Translations under genes and position numbers: made by a program
In this document: positions 25,501-38,209 of the stretch, piece after piece
Position numbering within the stretch: position 1 is the stretch's first letter
Layout of the letters: each line of letters begins with the position of its first letter
The notes under the pieces: generated by a model
The model's database searches: none
What the model was told of the DNA's origin: nothing
What the model saw: the letters and a program-made list of their open reading frames with translations, nothing else
Origin: Piromyces finnis finn
Taxonomy: Eukaryota; Fungi; Neocallimastigomycota
Reading direction: 5' to 3'
Length of the DNA: 64,000 nucleotides
NCBI GenBank assembly: GCA_002104945.1
Contig: MCFH01000082.1
Location: 1-64,000, forward strand

Positions 25501-26875
25501 TGACATTTGCAATTTTCTTGAAAATAAGAATCTCCCAGCTCCACATCCACAAAGTAATAAATTCTCTCTTAGTAATAGTTTTCTTCTTTTTGATAATAGA
25601 ATCTATGTCCCTTTAAAATGCCGTCCCTCCGTTTTGAAACTCTGTCATGATTCCCCCTCTGCCGGTCATTTTGGTATCCGCAAAACTATTTCTTTGATCT
25701 CTCGTGACTTTTGGTGGCCATCCATTTCTATTGATGTTAAGAATTATATCCGATCTTGTGAGATTTGTTGCCGCTCCAAGCCTTCTCGTCATAAACCATA
25801 TGGTTTACTTCAACCCCTTGAGATTAGTGACCATCCTTGGGCTTCTATTTCTATGGATTTCATTACTGACCTCCCTCCTTCTGATGGATTTAACACTATT
25901 CTTGTTGTAGTTGACCGCCTTACTAAAATGTGCCACCTCATTCCCTTTAAAGGTATTCCTTCTGCTTCTGATACTGCTTTTGCTTTTTTGAATTATATTT
26001 TCAAAATTCACGGTCTCCCCTCTGAAATTATTTCCGATAGAGGCGCGCAATTCACTTCGAAATTTTGGAAATCTATTTGCCAATCTTTGGACGTCAATGT
26101 TAAATATTCTTCACCATATCATCATCAATCCAATGGCCAAACGGAGAGGGTAAACTCCGTTGTTGAACAATATTTAAGATGCTTTTCTAATTATAAAGGA
26201 ACAAATTGGATCAATTTTCTTCCATTGGCAGAATTCAGTTACAATAATGCTGTTCAAGACTCAACAAAATTCTCACCATTCTTCCTAAATTATGGTTATC
26301 ACCCAAAATACTCTCCGGTAATTCCTGACCAAACGAATGTTCCAAGAGCTGAAGAATTTACAAGAGACTTTGAAGACCTAATGGAGAAACTAAAAGAAAA
26401 CTTAAAGAAGGCCATCCAAGTTCAAAAGAAATACGCCGACAAGTATAGACAAGAACCTCCGACATTCAAGACTGGTGACAAAGTATGGTTGGATAGCTCC
26501 TTGATAATTCATAAAGGAAATAAAAAATTTAATCCTAGGAAACTTGGCCCGTTTAGGATAATTAGTAAAATCTCTAATCTCACTTATAAATTAGAATTAC
26601 CAAAATCGCTGAAGATTTACCCAATTGTTCATGTTTCAAACCTAGAACCGTATTATGAAGATAGTTTTGGAAGAATCAAAGATCCACCTCCACCTATAAT
26701 AGTAAATGAAGAAGAAGAATACGAAGTAGAAGAAATACTTGATAAAAGAAAGCATTATGGGAAGATTCAATATCTAATAAAATGGAAAGGTTATCCGCTT
26801 TCAGAAGCATCTTGGGAACCTGAAAGTAATTTAAACTGCGATGAACTAATTAAAAACTTTAATAATTCACATTAG
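22511..26875 (+). CDS. gag-pol: Gag-Pol polyprotein (Gag, CCHC, aspartic protease, RT, RNase H, integrase, chromodomain), 1454 aa, intact
   Basis: CVYCGSPGHQLKDC; LIDSGS; YIDD; RNase H ETDSS..ELLAIV; HDSPSAGH..CEIC; SMDFITD, ISDRG, TERVN; GPF; YEVEEILDKR..YLIKWKGY..SWEP. Confidence 0.97.
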   Translation: MEGQIFDNASLKDGFAGDRKYLKGFLAKIELVFLLYPERYQDEESKVIYLISRLYGNALNWAATLIDNHDPCLTNYQAFKERLKAFYGNNDAVYVANQMLRTLKQHRLGGIRGYILEFNKYSDESNWNEEAKMDAFIAGLNQEVAMKILEMFPGPRDLFSLQTIAARIDSRLATRGLFFDKNSKGPSSNSSNGSRKASTNLKEHPKKKRYFGPLSKEEKERRSKENLCVYCGSPGHQLKDCHKRRNKNSAFESLVSLQNNSTNSKKKQQDRVTSDFKLSFELDTKILIDSGSTLNLIDVDYCNDHNIPYHYEEDLPNVFGIGGSQKLFEVTPPLNLRYMDHLCRTVFYVTDLPVYPCILGLRWLKEHNPSIDFENNKLSFGSSYCLDHCMTLPSNVPEFHQETSVFSTDCNNSSSVSLPIFIDKSKSSFSNSKLSHSRNPKENHSKSVLINNESVNDPLSQETCTVMASNISLSKVDTYSPKNSLKDSNPITKLPKELESYRDVFSESSADQLPPHRPYDCQINLIENAKLFYGPIYPLTDEETRVLKDYIDENLKKGFIRKSKSPAGAPVLFVPKKNGELRLCQDYRELNKITIRDSYPLPLIQDMLEHLGKAKIFSKLDLRSAYNLVRIKKGDEYKTAFTCKFGHFEYLVMPFGLKNAPAVFQHFINDVLENILGIFVYSYIDDLIIFSENHKSHIKHVIEVLDRLRNAGLYAKLEKCEFFVSSIDFLGHRISSEGIHMDPNKVSAIINWPVPSSVKEVQSFIGLANYYRRFIPNFAKVAQPLHRLLHKNVKFDFSSEALDAFNTIKSLISSAPILSHPNRDLPFIVETDSSNFAIGAVLSQKSPDDKMIHPVAFYSRSLTSAERNYPIYDKELLAIVNALETWRHFLKGALTPFTIYSDHRNLLYQKKPEKMSQRLVRWALFLSEFNFKILYRSGSSNGKPDALSRRPDYIDSSLPSDAPFSVLRPENFCALICSISSLNDEILSEYVNDSFYIDICNFLENKNLPAPHPQSNKFSLSNSFLLFDNRIYVPLKCRPSVLKLCHDSPSAGHFGIRKTISLISRDFWWPSISIDVKNYIRSCEICCRSKPSRHKPYGLLQPLEISDHPWASISMDFITDLPPSDGFNTILVVVDRLTKMCHLIPFKGIPSASDTAFAFLNYIFKIHGLPSEIISDRGAQFTSKFWKSICQSLDVNVKYSSPYHHQSNGQTERVNSVVEQYLRCFSNYKGTNWINFLPLAEFSYNNAVQDSTKFSPFFLNYGYHPKYSPVIPDQTNVPRAEEFTRDFEDLMEKLKENLKKAIQVQKKYADKYRQEPPTFKTGDKVWLDSSLIIHKGNKKFNPRKLGPFRIISKISNLTYKLELPKSLKIYPIVHVSNLEPYYEDSFGRIKDPPPPIIVNEEEEYEVEEILDKRKHYGKIQYLIKWKGYPLSEASWEPESNLNCDELIKNFNNSH

Positions 26876-26884
26876 TAATAGTTA

Positions 26885-26918
<34 letters not shown>

Positions 26919-26990
26919 TTTAGTAATTGATAAGAGAAAAAGAGAATAGAAAATAAAAAATGAAAAAATATATTTATAATTTAATATTCA

Positions 26991-27029
<39 letters not shown>

Positions 27030-27709
27030 AAATGTATTCACTCGTTTCAATTATTTCTCTTATAATAAAGTAACAAATAAATTTAGTTGATTCGTCTGGT
27101 ATCCGAATCCTGGAGGAGGACCATGTAACGAATCATAGAAATTAGTAACCTGTCTTAGCGGTTAGTAACTAAGACCTTGGTTTGAACTACTCGAGTTCGA
27201 AACCTCATTAATATCTTTTTTTAATTATTAAAATATTTTATAACGAAATTTTACCAAAGAAGATAATTTCTGATTGGCTTAAAAAATTAAGTTGTAAAAT
27301 TTTTATAAATTTACTTTTAAAAATTTTTATATAAATACGAGTGAAATTTCTCAAAAAATTATTTTTAATTCGAGTTTTTATTAACAAAAAAATTTTATAA
27401 TAAAAATAAAATTATTAAACACTAACCTGTTATAATTTTGTTAAGTGTTCAATAATAAAATTTTTATTTGCTTTTATTATTTTCCTTTTTATATATTTGT
27501 GTTTTTATTTATTGAACATTAGTTCTTTATATTAGGAAAAATATAAATAGAAGATATTTTTCATCAATTTATCGATGTAATTGTTATTAATAAATTTCTA
27601 CTATAATAAAAGATATTTTTAATAAAACAATTTTTATTTTTTATTTTAAATTTTGTGTTATTGTAATAGAATAGATATCCTAATCTATTCTTCTAGTTTC
27701 AATATTACA

Positions 27710-28183
27710 ATAATCTTAAAGAAAAAAAAAAACCAATTTCTCAATCACAAAAAATTCTTATTGTGTTACGTGAAACAAAGTTATTCATCACTTAGTGTAA
27801 CACATAAAATTTATAATAAATAAAGTTCAAAAAATTAATGAAAATCTCTTAAAAGATTTTCATAAAGATTTACATTAAAATTTTTGTCATTTAATATTGT
27901 GAAATTAAATTATTATATTTAAGATTCTTAAGGATAGTTTTATATTGAATAGCAATATAAATAAATTAGTTAGATATATTATAATGTAATCGCAAAAAAT
28001 ATAAATAGTTCGAAATTTCATGTAAGTTTAAATAGTTGTAATTATTATTGACTATTAAGTAGTTAATAACATTTTAATAAAATAATAGAACCATAAAGTA
28101 AACAAAAAAAAAAAAAGAAAAGTATATTAAAAATTTAGTATTATAGGAGTTTTGTTTAATCTAGTGTTTTTCAAAACTTTACA
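27710..28183. mobile_element. Probable leader of the Y/E element joined to the end of another LTR (ends ctttaca at 28183)
   Basis: The coding sequence of D breaks exactly at 28183/28184, next to an LTR-type terminus; internal inverted repeats (tgtgttac/gtaacaca). Confidence 0.4.
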
Positions 28184-30341
28184 ATGAGGAGGTAACACTT
28201 CACAATTTTTTTCATTATAAACATAACTAAATTCTAAATAATGGGTTGGTACGGTGACCAATTTATCTTTATTAATATCTTTTTCATTATTATTATTACT
28301 ACATGATTCATTATCATTATTACATGTTTCATTAATTTTTTGTTATTAAAACTATCTTCATCATTAATGGTACTAACAAAGCAGCTTTTAGCATATTCTT
28401 TTTCTTCATGGTTTGGGACAGAGGGATCTACTTTATGCTTATTTGTTAAGCCTCGGTCGAGAACATCATGATCTAGTTGATCATTATTTGACTTCTTTCT
28501 TGGTTTTTTTCTTTTTCCTTTATTACAGTTTCTGGCACAATAACCAGAACTAAAAGCAATTTTCTTAGAATCGTAGAAAGAATTTGGATTATACTTCTTA
28601 ATCTATGATAAACCAAGGATAACATAAACACCTTAGACTTGTAATCCATAAAGTTGAATTACTTCCATGTGATTTTTGCATAGGAGCATGCACTTCTCAG
28701 TCCTTTCCCAAACACTTACAACTCCATCACTAACACAAGATACACGGAATGGTTCTACTTTTTCCAATTTGATTCCAAGGTCTTCAGCAAGACTTGGATT
28801 AATATAATTCAATTCAGATCCAGAGTCAATTAATGTAAAAATATCAAACGCCACAGATTGATATCTTTAATGTAACTTAAGCCATAAATATCATTGTTTA
28901 AGTTACACGAATTATATTACAGAAAAAGAAAATGGGACATAATTTATTTATTAATAATTAAAGTTTAAAACAAAATAAATTATTAGTTTATTCTTAATGT
29001 TTAGTTTAATAAATAAATTAAAATTCTCAATTCAAACCCCTAGTTTTAGTATTGTTTTTTTTATAGAAATAGATAAATAGTATATAAATAATAAATAATT
29101 AATATATCAATAATACATGGGCACATATTCAAATTGAATAGTACTTAATTTGAATTGCCAATTGTATTTTACTAAAAATAGTTATAGTTTAAATATTTAA
29201 TAATTAAGATTTTAGTGTAGATTTTAAATAATAATATATAAGAAATAAATAGTTATAATATAATATAAATGTATTTAGGAAAAATATAAATAGAAGATAT
29301 TTTTCATCATTTTATCGATGTAATTGTTATTAATATAATTTCTATTATAATAAAAGATATTTTTTTAACAAAACAATTTTATATAAATCTTTAGTGTTAT
29401 TGTAATAGAATAGATATCCTAATCTATTCTTTTGTGTCGACTTTACAATTAAAACCTTAATTTTGACTTCTGGGACTTCATTGGTACTCACATGAAAATC
29501 AACAAGGTTTAAATTACTTTTCACTCCTTTGACTCCATCTTTGTAAATTTTTAGATTAACAATTTTTGGAGTCCTTTATTTAACTATTCTTAATATTTTC
29601 TGGGCTTTACTCTATTAGGACAATTAAATTTTAAATGTCCCGGTTGTTTACAAAGAAAACATAACCCTTTTTTCTTTTCTTCTTCAAAGTTATCTATGTT
29701 TTCATTGTAATTTTTACTTAATTCTTGGATATTAACATACCTTTTACGTTTATTTTCTCTACTAATTCTAAATACATCCACATCCATAGGATCATCAGCC
29801 CTTCTACTATTAAAATAAAATTCACTAAGCGAATTCCTTTTCATCATATCTTCAACTAAAATAGTTGAAGAAATCAATTGTTCAATTGAAGTTGGGTTTG
29901 ATTCAATGAAAGCCAACTTCTCCCTAAGTGGTGGTAGTAAACCTTTCAGAAACATGTAGATTTTTGCGCTATCATTAAAGCTTGAATTTTGGCTAATACG
30001 TTGAAAATCAGTAATGTAATCTAATACCTGACCAAGTTTCCTTTGGCGAAGATTATCTAATTTACCGTTAGCTACAACGGTATCATATCTATAACTGCCA
30101 AAATTAGCCTTCAACCTATCTACAAATTCATCATAATGGTTTTAAACCCCACTATTATTTTTCATCAACACTGAAGCCCATTCCAAAGGTTTACCAGAGA
30201 AGTATGATATAACAAAGTCGGCCTTGACTAGATCTGTATTATATAGTGTCGATCGAGTACTAAATACCAATTCAACTCTGATTAAAAATCCATCCAATTC
30301 TCTTTGTTTACCAGAAAATATCGGTGGAGCATTAATAATGT
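28184..30341 (-). pseudogene. gag-pol: Gypsy element D fragment: gag, protease, pre-RT linker
   Basis: PPIFSGKQRELDGFL.., CFLCKQPGHLKFNC, VLIDSGSELNYINP, ..NEKNCEVLPPH; stops and insertions present. Confidence 0.88.
28834..29447 (+). mobile_element. Solo LTR, family Y, inserted at the protease catalytic motif of D
   Basis: TG..CA; TSD ATTAA (28829-28833 / 29448-29452); splits KVLI-DSG. Confidence 0.92.
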
Positions 30342-30403
30342 TGTAATGCTGACACAGAAAGAATAGATTAGAATATCTATTCTATTACAATAACACAAAA
30401 TTT
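30342..30403 (-). mobile_element. Terminal fragment of a family Y LTR
   Basis: tgtaatgctgacacagaaagaatagattagaatatctattctattacaa matches the Y end. Confidence 0.75.
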
Positions 30404-30451
30404 AAGTGGAATATATATCAGCTTGATATTAAAGCTGCCTACCTCAATGCT
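30401..30451 (+). pseudogene. Tiny Ty1/Copia reverse transcriptase fragment
   Basis: Translates FKWNIYQLDIKAAYLNA, matching the Copia RT motif W.I.Q(M/L)D(V/I)K.A(F/Y)LN. Confidence 0.7.
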
Positions 30452-33400
30452 CTTTTCTTATTAATTATTAAAGCTCTCCTTTCTCATTATTAATTATTTT
30501 TATATGGATATTTTTATATTATAAAATTCCTATAATATAATTGAATATCAATTATATAATGTAATGTATTCATAATATATGAATAATAATTAAATAGGAT
30601 ATAATATAATATATTTTACATTTTATATGAAATATTACTATATAAGGAAAGTTAATGTAATACAAATAAGTATTACAATAAAATTAATACTTTATAATTC
30701 AAAATGTTTTGATTAGATTATTCAAGCATTGGAAAAATATATATAAAAAATAAATTTGAAAAAAAAGAAATATATTTTTTTTTCTTTGTGTTTTTATTAC
30801 TATATTAATATAAAAAATAAAATAAAACAAAGAAATACATTTTTAAAGAAAATATATTTACTTAATTATTTAGTGTTTACATGTTGGATAAATAAAGTTC
30901 CTTAAGTTAATACAATATTAAATAAGAACATTGCAATTAAATATTAAAATATTTTTTAAAAGTTGTGATGGATGAGAAATATGAAAGTCTTATGAACTTT
31001 AAGAACATTTTAGAATCTTTAGAATTTTTAAACTTTTATGAACCTCTTTGGAATAAGAATAAATTTTTTTCAATCTTTGTAAAACTTGAAGAATTAAATT
31101 TTTTTTGGTAGATTAAAAATTTATTGTATATTTAAAATTTTAATATTAACACAAAATTTATTTTCCTTTGGACTCTTTTGGATACCTTTAGATACTAATT
31201 AAAAGATAAAAATATGACTTTTATCTTTTATAATACATTTTTTCATTTATATTATTAGGTTATATATATAGAAAATAATAAAAATATTTAGATATATAAA
31301 AAATTTATTTTTATATTGACTATATTGTTTTATTATATTTATGTATATAAAAAATTAAAAAGTAATAAAAAAAAAAAGCAAAAACATAGCTGAATTTTTG
31401 TCATGTTGGAGACAACTCAAGAACTTTTATTAACAGAATTATTTGATTGTTTGCTATTATCATTGTTTTTTGAAGGAAAATAAATTATTCTTAGCTTGAG
31501 AAGAACATGTAAAATGATTAATATGCTTTTGAGTCTAATATAATATTTAACTTGTTTATCAATATTAAATATTAATATGATTATAATCTCAAATAAATTA
31601 TGAAAAAATTCTGGAATACTAAACAACATATCAAAATTTTAATTTTTTCTTTTAGAGAAATAAAAGAAAGCTAACTTTATTATTTATATTTATGATATAA
31701 ATAATAATCTTTTTTTAAAAAATAGTATTATAAAGATTGAAATTTTTTGCATTTGATATATCAATTTTTTATATATAATTATAAATTAATAATCATAATA
31801 TTCTTTTATATTTATTTTACCAATGAAATTTATTTCATTGTTAAATTTATCTTATTTTATAAATAATTTATACCAATATTTATGTTTATTTATGTTTGAA
31901 AGCATTAATATTACTTTCATAGTCAAAATTTTGACAAATATCAAAAATAAAATAAAAATTTTCAAGTATTTTAAAAATATTATCTATTTCAATTAAATAT
32001 GAATTATAAAATTATTAAAATATAAGCATTCATTTAAATTTGTGTTTTTATGCGTTTATTTCTTTCTTCTTCTTCATTAATATATTCAGAATTATTTATA
32101 AGTAAAATAATAGCTATATTCTTTTATCTTATTTTCATAATAAAAATAAAATGAAAACTGTAGTAGGTTCAGATATAATGGATAAAAATTATATTTATAC
32201 TAAATAAATATAAAACTATAGTAAAGAAAAAGCAAAAATGAAAAAATATTAACTATCATTATTATTATTATTACCATTATCGGTACCATTATATTGAATA
32301 AAAATATAAAAAATAATATAAATATAAAAATATTATAACCATGTAATGTTTAAAATTGTAATATTAAAATATATAAAATATATTTCATTTTCATTTTTTA
32401 TAAAAATTTAATTTATTATATTTTATATATTAAGTTTAAATAAATAATTTGAATATATTATCAAAGAAAATAAAAAAAAAATTTTAAATAATTTTTTGGC
32501 TAATTTTTATGAGAAAAATATTTCAATGGTGAATAAAAGGAAAAAAAATAAATTTTGTAAAATTTAAAATTGAAAAAATAAAAACATATCCTTAATTATT
32601 TACTACTATACCAATTATTCTTTAAAAATCTGCTTTCAATATTAATATATTAAGTATATGAGTAATAATAAATTTGTGTGTGATATATGGTTATATGATA
32701 GATAATAATTTATCTTTATTATAATGGGTTAGGTTGTAAAAGAAAAAAAACATATATTTTTAAAATTATATTTTTATTAACTTAATTAAAGTACTATTAC
32801 ACATACATATTGAAGATTATTTATATTTTATTATATTGTTTTTATTATTAATTTCCTATAATATGTATAATTGAACTATTAGAAATCTTTTATTGTAAAA
32901 TATCTTCATATATATATTTAATTTCTATTTTCAAATCATTTTAAAATTGTTATACTAAAATTAAAAGTATTAATATTAACAATTAACAAATTACAGCTCT
33001 TTTCTTTCATTTGAAATACTATTATAATTAAACATTAATAATTCATTTTTAATTATTTTTTAGAATTTTATTATTTCTTTTTAAATATAATTTTAAAAGT
33101 TTAAATATTTCATTAAAAAAGTTTGATTGAAAATTTTCTATTTTAATATTTGAATATTGAAACTAAAAACTTTCTTTAATTATTAACCCTAATAATTTTT
33201 AATATAATAATATGTATATATATACATTAAAAAAGGTATATTAATATATAAGATACATTAATATTTATAAGTAATTAAAAATCCAATACCATAAAAATAC
33301 GAATAAACATTAATAAACTATATTAAAAAAATAATTAAGCAAATAATTTATTAATGATTGTATAAAAGAATGAATACAATATTGTTGGAGGTATTTTGTA

Positions 33401-34999
33401 GAAAATACAAAAGAAAAAAGAAAAATACTACAATGCATAGTTTTTTTTGCAAATCTAATGTATATTTTGTATTAGTAAAAATTTCATTAAACAATATAAA
33501 ACTAATATTTATATGATATTTAAAAAAAACAGTACATACTCTAATAATATAAATAATATATTGTATAAAAGTGTTGAAATGAATAAAGCAAAAATTGAAA
33601 ATTATTTATATCTTCGACTGTTGCAGCGAATTATTTAATACATGAAGAAAAAATAAATAGTAAAATATTTTATTGAAACTGATCATGTATTATCAAAAAA
33701 AGTACATATAATAATTATTTATTAATAATATCTAAATAATGAAATAAAAATTTTATTATAATAAACATATTCATTTATATTCAATATTTAATCTAAGGAA
33801 CCATGTAAACAATTTATCTAATTGAAATAACATATATATATTTTGGGATTATATATAAATATATATTATATATATTTATATATTTATTATAAAAAAAAAA
33901 TATAAGAATATTTCAAAAATATTAGTTTTAATAATTTTTCTGCCTGAAAGTCTGGAAGAGGTCGAAATTCTTATGGCTAAAATATCTGGCTAATTTCGTC
34001 CAAAGTCTAGGATGTATATTAATTTATCAATTAACATTGTTGTTAGCTTTATTAGTTAATAAAATGTATGTAATCAATAAAAATGTATATATATTTCATT
34101 GTTAAAATATATATACATTTTTTTTATAATAGTTGAATTAAAGGAATTATAAATATTGATGAACTAGGCATCTTTTAAAAAATCTGTCTAATATTAAATA
34201 ATTATAATTTAAAAAAAAATCATTTTATAATGATATTAATCAAAATTTTAAGAATGATATTTTATTTATAATATATATATATTGTTAAATAATTTATTGA
34301 TAAAAATTGTAAAAATATTTTCTTAATTACCACTATTATTATATTATTAAATTTCAAAGTTTATAGAAATTAGAGTTAAAATGAATATTAAAATATTTCA
34401 TTACAACAAATTAAAGTAATATATAAATATTTTATTTTGAGATTTTTTTTTCATTTTAATTTATTATTTAATATCAAGTTAAAAAATAATTAAAACTTTA
34501 TAAAACATATTATAAATTATTAATTATATAATTTATCATAATGCTTATATATTTTTCTATAATATTATTATATAATTCATATTCAATGATATAAAAACTC
34601 AACTATTTTACTATTTGTTATATTTAAATATATTTCTCTTGTAGTTTATGAAAATTATTAATAACCTAATAGAGATTTAATTAAATAAAATCTATAGAAA
34701 ATTATATGGTTAAATTTTACCATAAAAAATATTCTAAAAAGAAAATAAGAAAAAATTTTGAAAAATTCAAAATTGAAAAAAATAAAATATACTTTTAATA
34801 TTTTATTAGTACCTCAAATATTATTTTAAAAATGGCATTTTATTAAGTAAATGAATAATAATAAACTTGTATATCATATCATGTATGTGTATATATCATT
34901 AAAATGTTTTAATATATTATGTTATTTATACATATTACACTATTTACATTAAAGCATATTTTATTTAAATATTGAAATGCTTTAATATTTAAAACTTGA

Positions 35000-36429
35000 A
35001 AATTAAAAAAAAATAAGCAATATTATGAATTAAAATTGTAAAATAAAAGATAATTTATTTTTTCCTAAATTACATTTTTATTAACTTAAAGTATTACACA
35101 TTATAGATTATTTATATTTTATTACTTTTTTATTTTTAATTTCTTTAATATATATAAACTTTAACTATTAAGTATATTTTAATATAATAACATCTTAATA
35201 TTTAATATTTATTTTCAACTATCTTTAAAAAATTCTTTATTTTAATATATTAGAAATTAAAATTGTAAAATAAAACATTGAGACTTTTCAAATTATTTTA
35301 GTTAAAATAGTCATTTATTTGCATATTCATTTATTAATTTATATATATTAATTTATTTATTCATTAATATAATAATAGATTCATTCATTTATCTATTAAT
35401 AAATTGATTCTTTCGTTATTTTATTTAATTAATAATTCTTTTATTCAGTTATATATCATTTGATTTATTCTTTTATTTAATGATTTTGAAATAAGTAAAA
35501 TTTTAAACTCTTCCATATGTCAAATTACATTTTTATCTATTAAAAAATATTAAGAATTTACCTATATTTATTAATGTATATTTAAAAATTATAGTTAATT
35601 ATTAAATGGTAGAGTAATGGTTCTAATTTACTATTCAAAGATGTATATATAGATTATAATTTAAATTAATCAAAATCTATATTGATAAGTAATTTCTAAC
35701 TACATTTCTACATTTCTACCAAATAAAATATAAAATCAAGTATTAATTAGCATTAAAAGCGAAAAAAATGCTAATTATTACCATTATCACCATCATCATC
35801 ATTATTATTTAATATAAAGTTTAATGTTTTTCTAACTTATATCGAATTGCAAGTTAAAATAAAATATAATAAATATAATAATTATGTCTTGTATAAAGTT
35901 GTATTGAAATATTTAAAGTGTACTTCATTTTTTATATTAATTCAATCTTCAACTATTTATTATATGTTTTATATATTTTTCTTTTATAGTATATATAAAT
36001 AACTCGAAATATTTTATAAAAGAAATTTAAACAAAATACTTTAATAATTTTATGGCTAATTTTTATCATGAGAAAACTGTTTAAATAGGACATAAAAGAA
36101 AGATGATAATTTATAAAATTTACATTGAAAAAATAAAAATATATGTGTAAATATTTATTTTTACTTCAATTATTCTTTAAAAATGGTATTTTAATACTAT
36201 TTTATTAAGTAAAGTAAATGAGTAATAATAAAACTGTGTGCTATATCATTTGTATATAATTAAAATAATAAATTACCACTGTCATAGATGTAATATTTTT
36301 AAACAAAATTTATAAAGGGTTAGATTATATTACTAGGGGTTAATCGTTTTTTTTTAAATTTAAAATATTTTTAAATTAAAACATGATGCTTAATACTACT
36401 ACTACTATTACTACTACTACTACTACTAC

Positions 36430-36465
<36 letters not shown>

Positions 36466-37060
36466 TAATAATAATAATAATAATAACAATAATAATAATA
36501 TAAATAAGTAATTATATAATAAAATTATAATATATAAATAGTATTAGTTTTTAATCAATTTAAAAATAACAATAAAAATTAAAAAATAAGTAAAAATTAA
36601 GAAAAGTTTGTAATAATAAATAAAAATATATAAAATTATTTATTTTCTCTATATTCTTTACAATATAAATAAAAATTAATCATAATAAGATTATTATTAT
36701 AATTATTAATTTACAATATCTTATATTGACTTGATATTTAATAATATATAAAATATAATAAACATTTCTTGCATAAATTTATAATATTAAAATATTTACA
36801 ATACATTTCATTTTCATTTTTTATATATATTTTTATTTTTTTAATTGTGAATTGCGTAAATCTTTTTCATTTATTTCTTTTATATTAAAATATTTTTTTC
36901 ATGATAAAATTTTTTTTAATAAATGGCATTTTAGCATTAATTCACTAAGTAAAGTAAATGTGTAATAATATATTTGTGGGCTATAACATGGCAATAACTT
37001 TTAAAATTTTAAAATTTTTTTTTATTTAAAATATTTTATTTAAACTTTTTTCAAGTAAAA
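35000..37060 (+). repeat. Segmental duplication unit; second copy at approx 52393-55535 with an approx 940-bp extra segment (53712-54650)
   Basis: Long near-identical stretches by eye (35000-36335 vs 52393-53712; 36335-37060 vs 54650-55535). Confidence 0.9.
36385..36505. repeat. (TAC)n/(AAT)n microsatellite
   Basis: Direct observation; paralog of the expanded tract at 54705-54980. Confidence 0.95.
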
Positions 37061-37384
37061 TTTTAAAAAATATTGAAATTTTTGAAAATTTTCAAAGTTT
37101 GAATTTTTTATTAATTTTTCATTCATTCATTAATTAATTATTCATCGTCCATTTAAAAAAATTTGATCTAAAAAAAAAAAAAATTGCATTTGAACTTTGA
37201 CACGAAAAAACTTAAACTTTTTTTTTAAAATTTTTATACTTTAAGAAATAATTTATTTTTTTATTATATTTTTATTATTTTATTTATATTTTATTTTAAA
37301 AATGAATTATTACATGTCTTTTTTATTAATAAAAATATAAAACAAGAAAAAATTTAAATATAAAAATTTAAATATAAAATTATT

Positions 37385-38209
37385 TTAATTAGTTATCCAT
37401 TCATTGTAATCATTATATTTATTGAAATATTTAATAAATTCTTGATTTTTAATTGTCATAGATAATATATAGACATCTTTGTCATAACTTCCAATTCTCT
37501 TTAATTCTTCTAAAATAAATTTTACCTTTTGATCTGGTGTGCTTTCATCAAGCACATACATATCATTTACGACTTCATAATTATTATATTTTAATGCCAT
37601 AGAGTACCATCCTGTTGGAAATTTTTTATAGCATAAATATTCTTTTGCCAAAAGTGGGAAATATTCATTCTTTTTATGTTTAATTATTATATGAAATACG
37701 TATTCTGGGATTCTCAATTTTTCAATTTTTTTACTTTCATTTTTTAATTTTTCAATAATATAATATAAAACATTAAAAGATGCTTTCCTATGAAAAATTA
37801 AAAAATCTATTAAAATATTAAATGAATTAGTACTATCTATAAATCCATAATTTATATCTGCACCATTGGAAATGAGCAAAGAACATACATCGCTTCTACT
37901 TAATAAAAGAGAATAAACCGCGGGAGTTATTGTTTCTGCGAAAATGTTTTTTGGAACTTCATAATCAAAGTTTGAATATGAAAATAAATTAATAATAGAT
38001 TCAATAAAATTCAAAGGTAACCCGAAAGATATAGCATTGGAGAGTACATCATAATTTGAATCGTTAATATTGTCCATTAATGCATCATTATCTTGATAAA
38101 AACAAATCAATTTCTCAATGTCGCATTCTTTAATAATATTATTTAATTTATTTCTTTTTTCATTGATGATTTTATCCATGCATCTTTTAACCTGGTTATT
38201 GTACAACAT
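37385..38209 (-). pseudogene. Ankyrin-like repeat protein, C-terminal half (paralog of 43242-44896)
   Basis: TPAVYSLLLSRSDVCSLLISNGADINY ankyrin-like motif; aligns with ORF 43242-43982; upstream frame decayed. Confidence 0.7.

Larger units (their letters stand above)
20904..27531 (+). mobile_element. Full-length Ty3/Gypsy chromovirus element C
   Basis: LTRs 20904-21809 (408 bp plus W and one TSD copy) and 27124-27531 (408 bp, only a few differences; terminal CA mutated to TA); TSD TTAGG (20899-20903 / 27532-27536); PPT ggaggagga 27112-27120; PBS ataaaaactc 21810-21819. Confidence 0.97.
20474..27709 (+). mobile_element. Family Y LTR (20474-20903 plus 27532-27709), split by element C; probably a 5' LTR
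   Basis: tgtaaagatatcaaac...attaca; followed by ataatcttaaagaaaaaaa, resembling the PBS/leader of A and B rather than a TSD. Confidence 0.8.

Noticed and set aside
26891-27024. Two poly(A) tracts in the 3' UTR of C as retroposed insertions
   Set aside because: No TSD or element body; homopolymer lengths are also unreliable.
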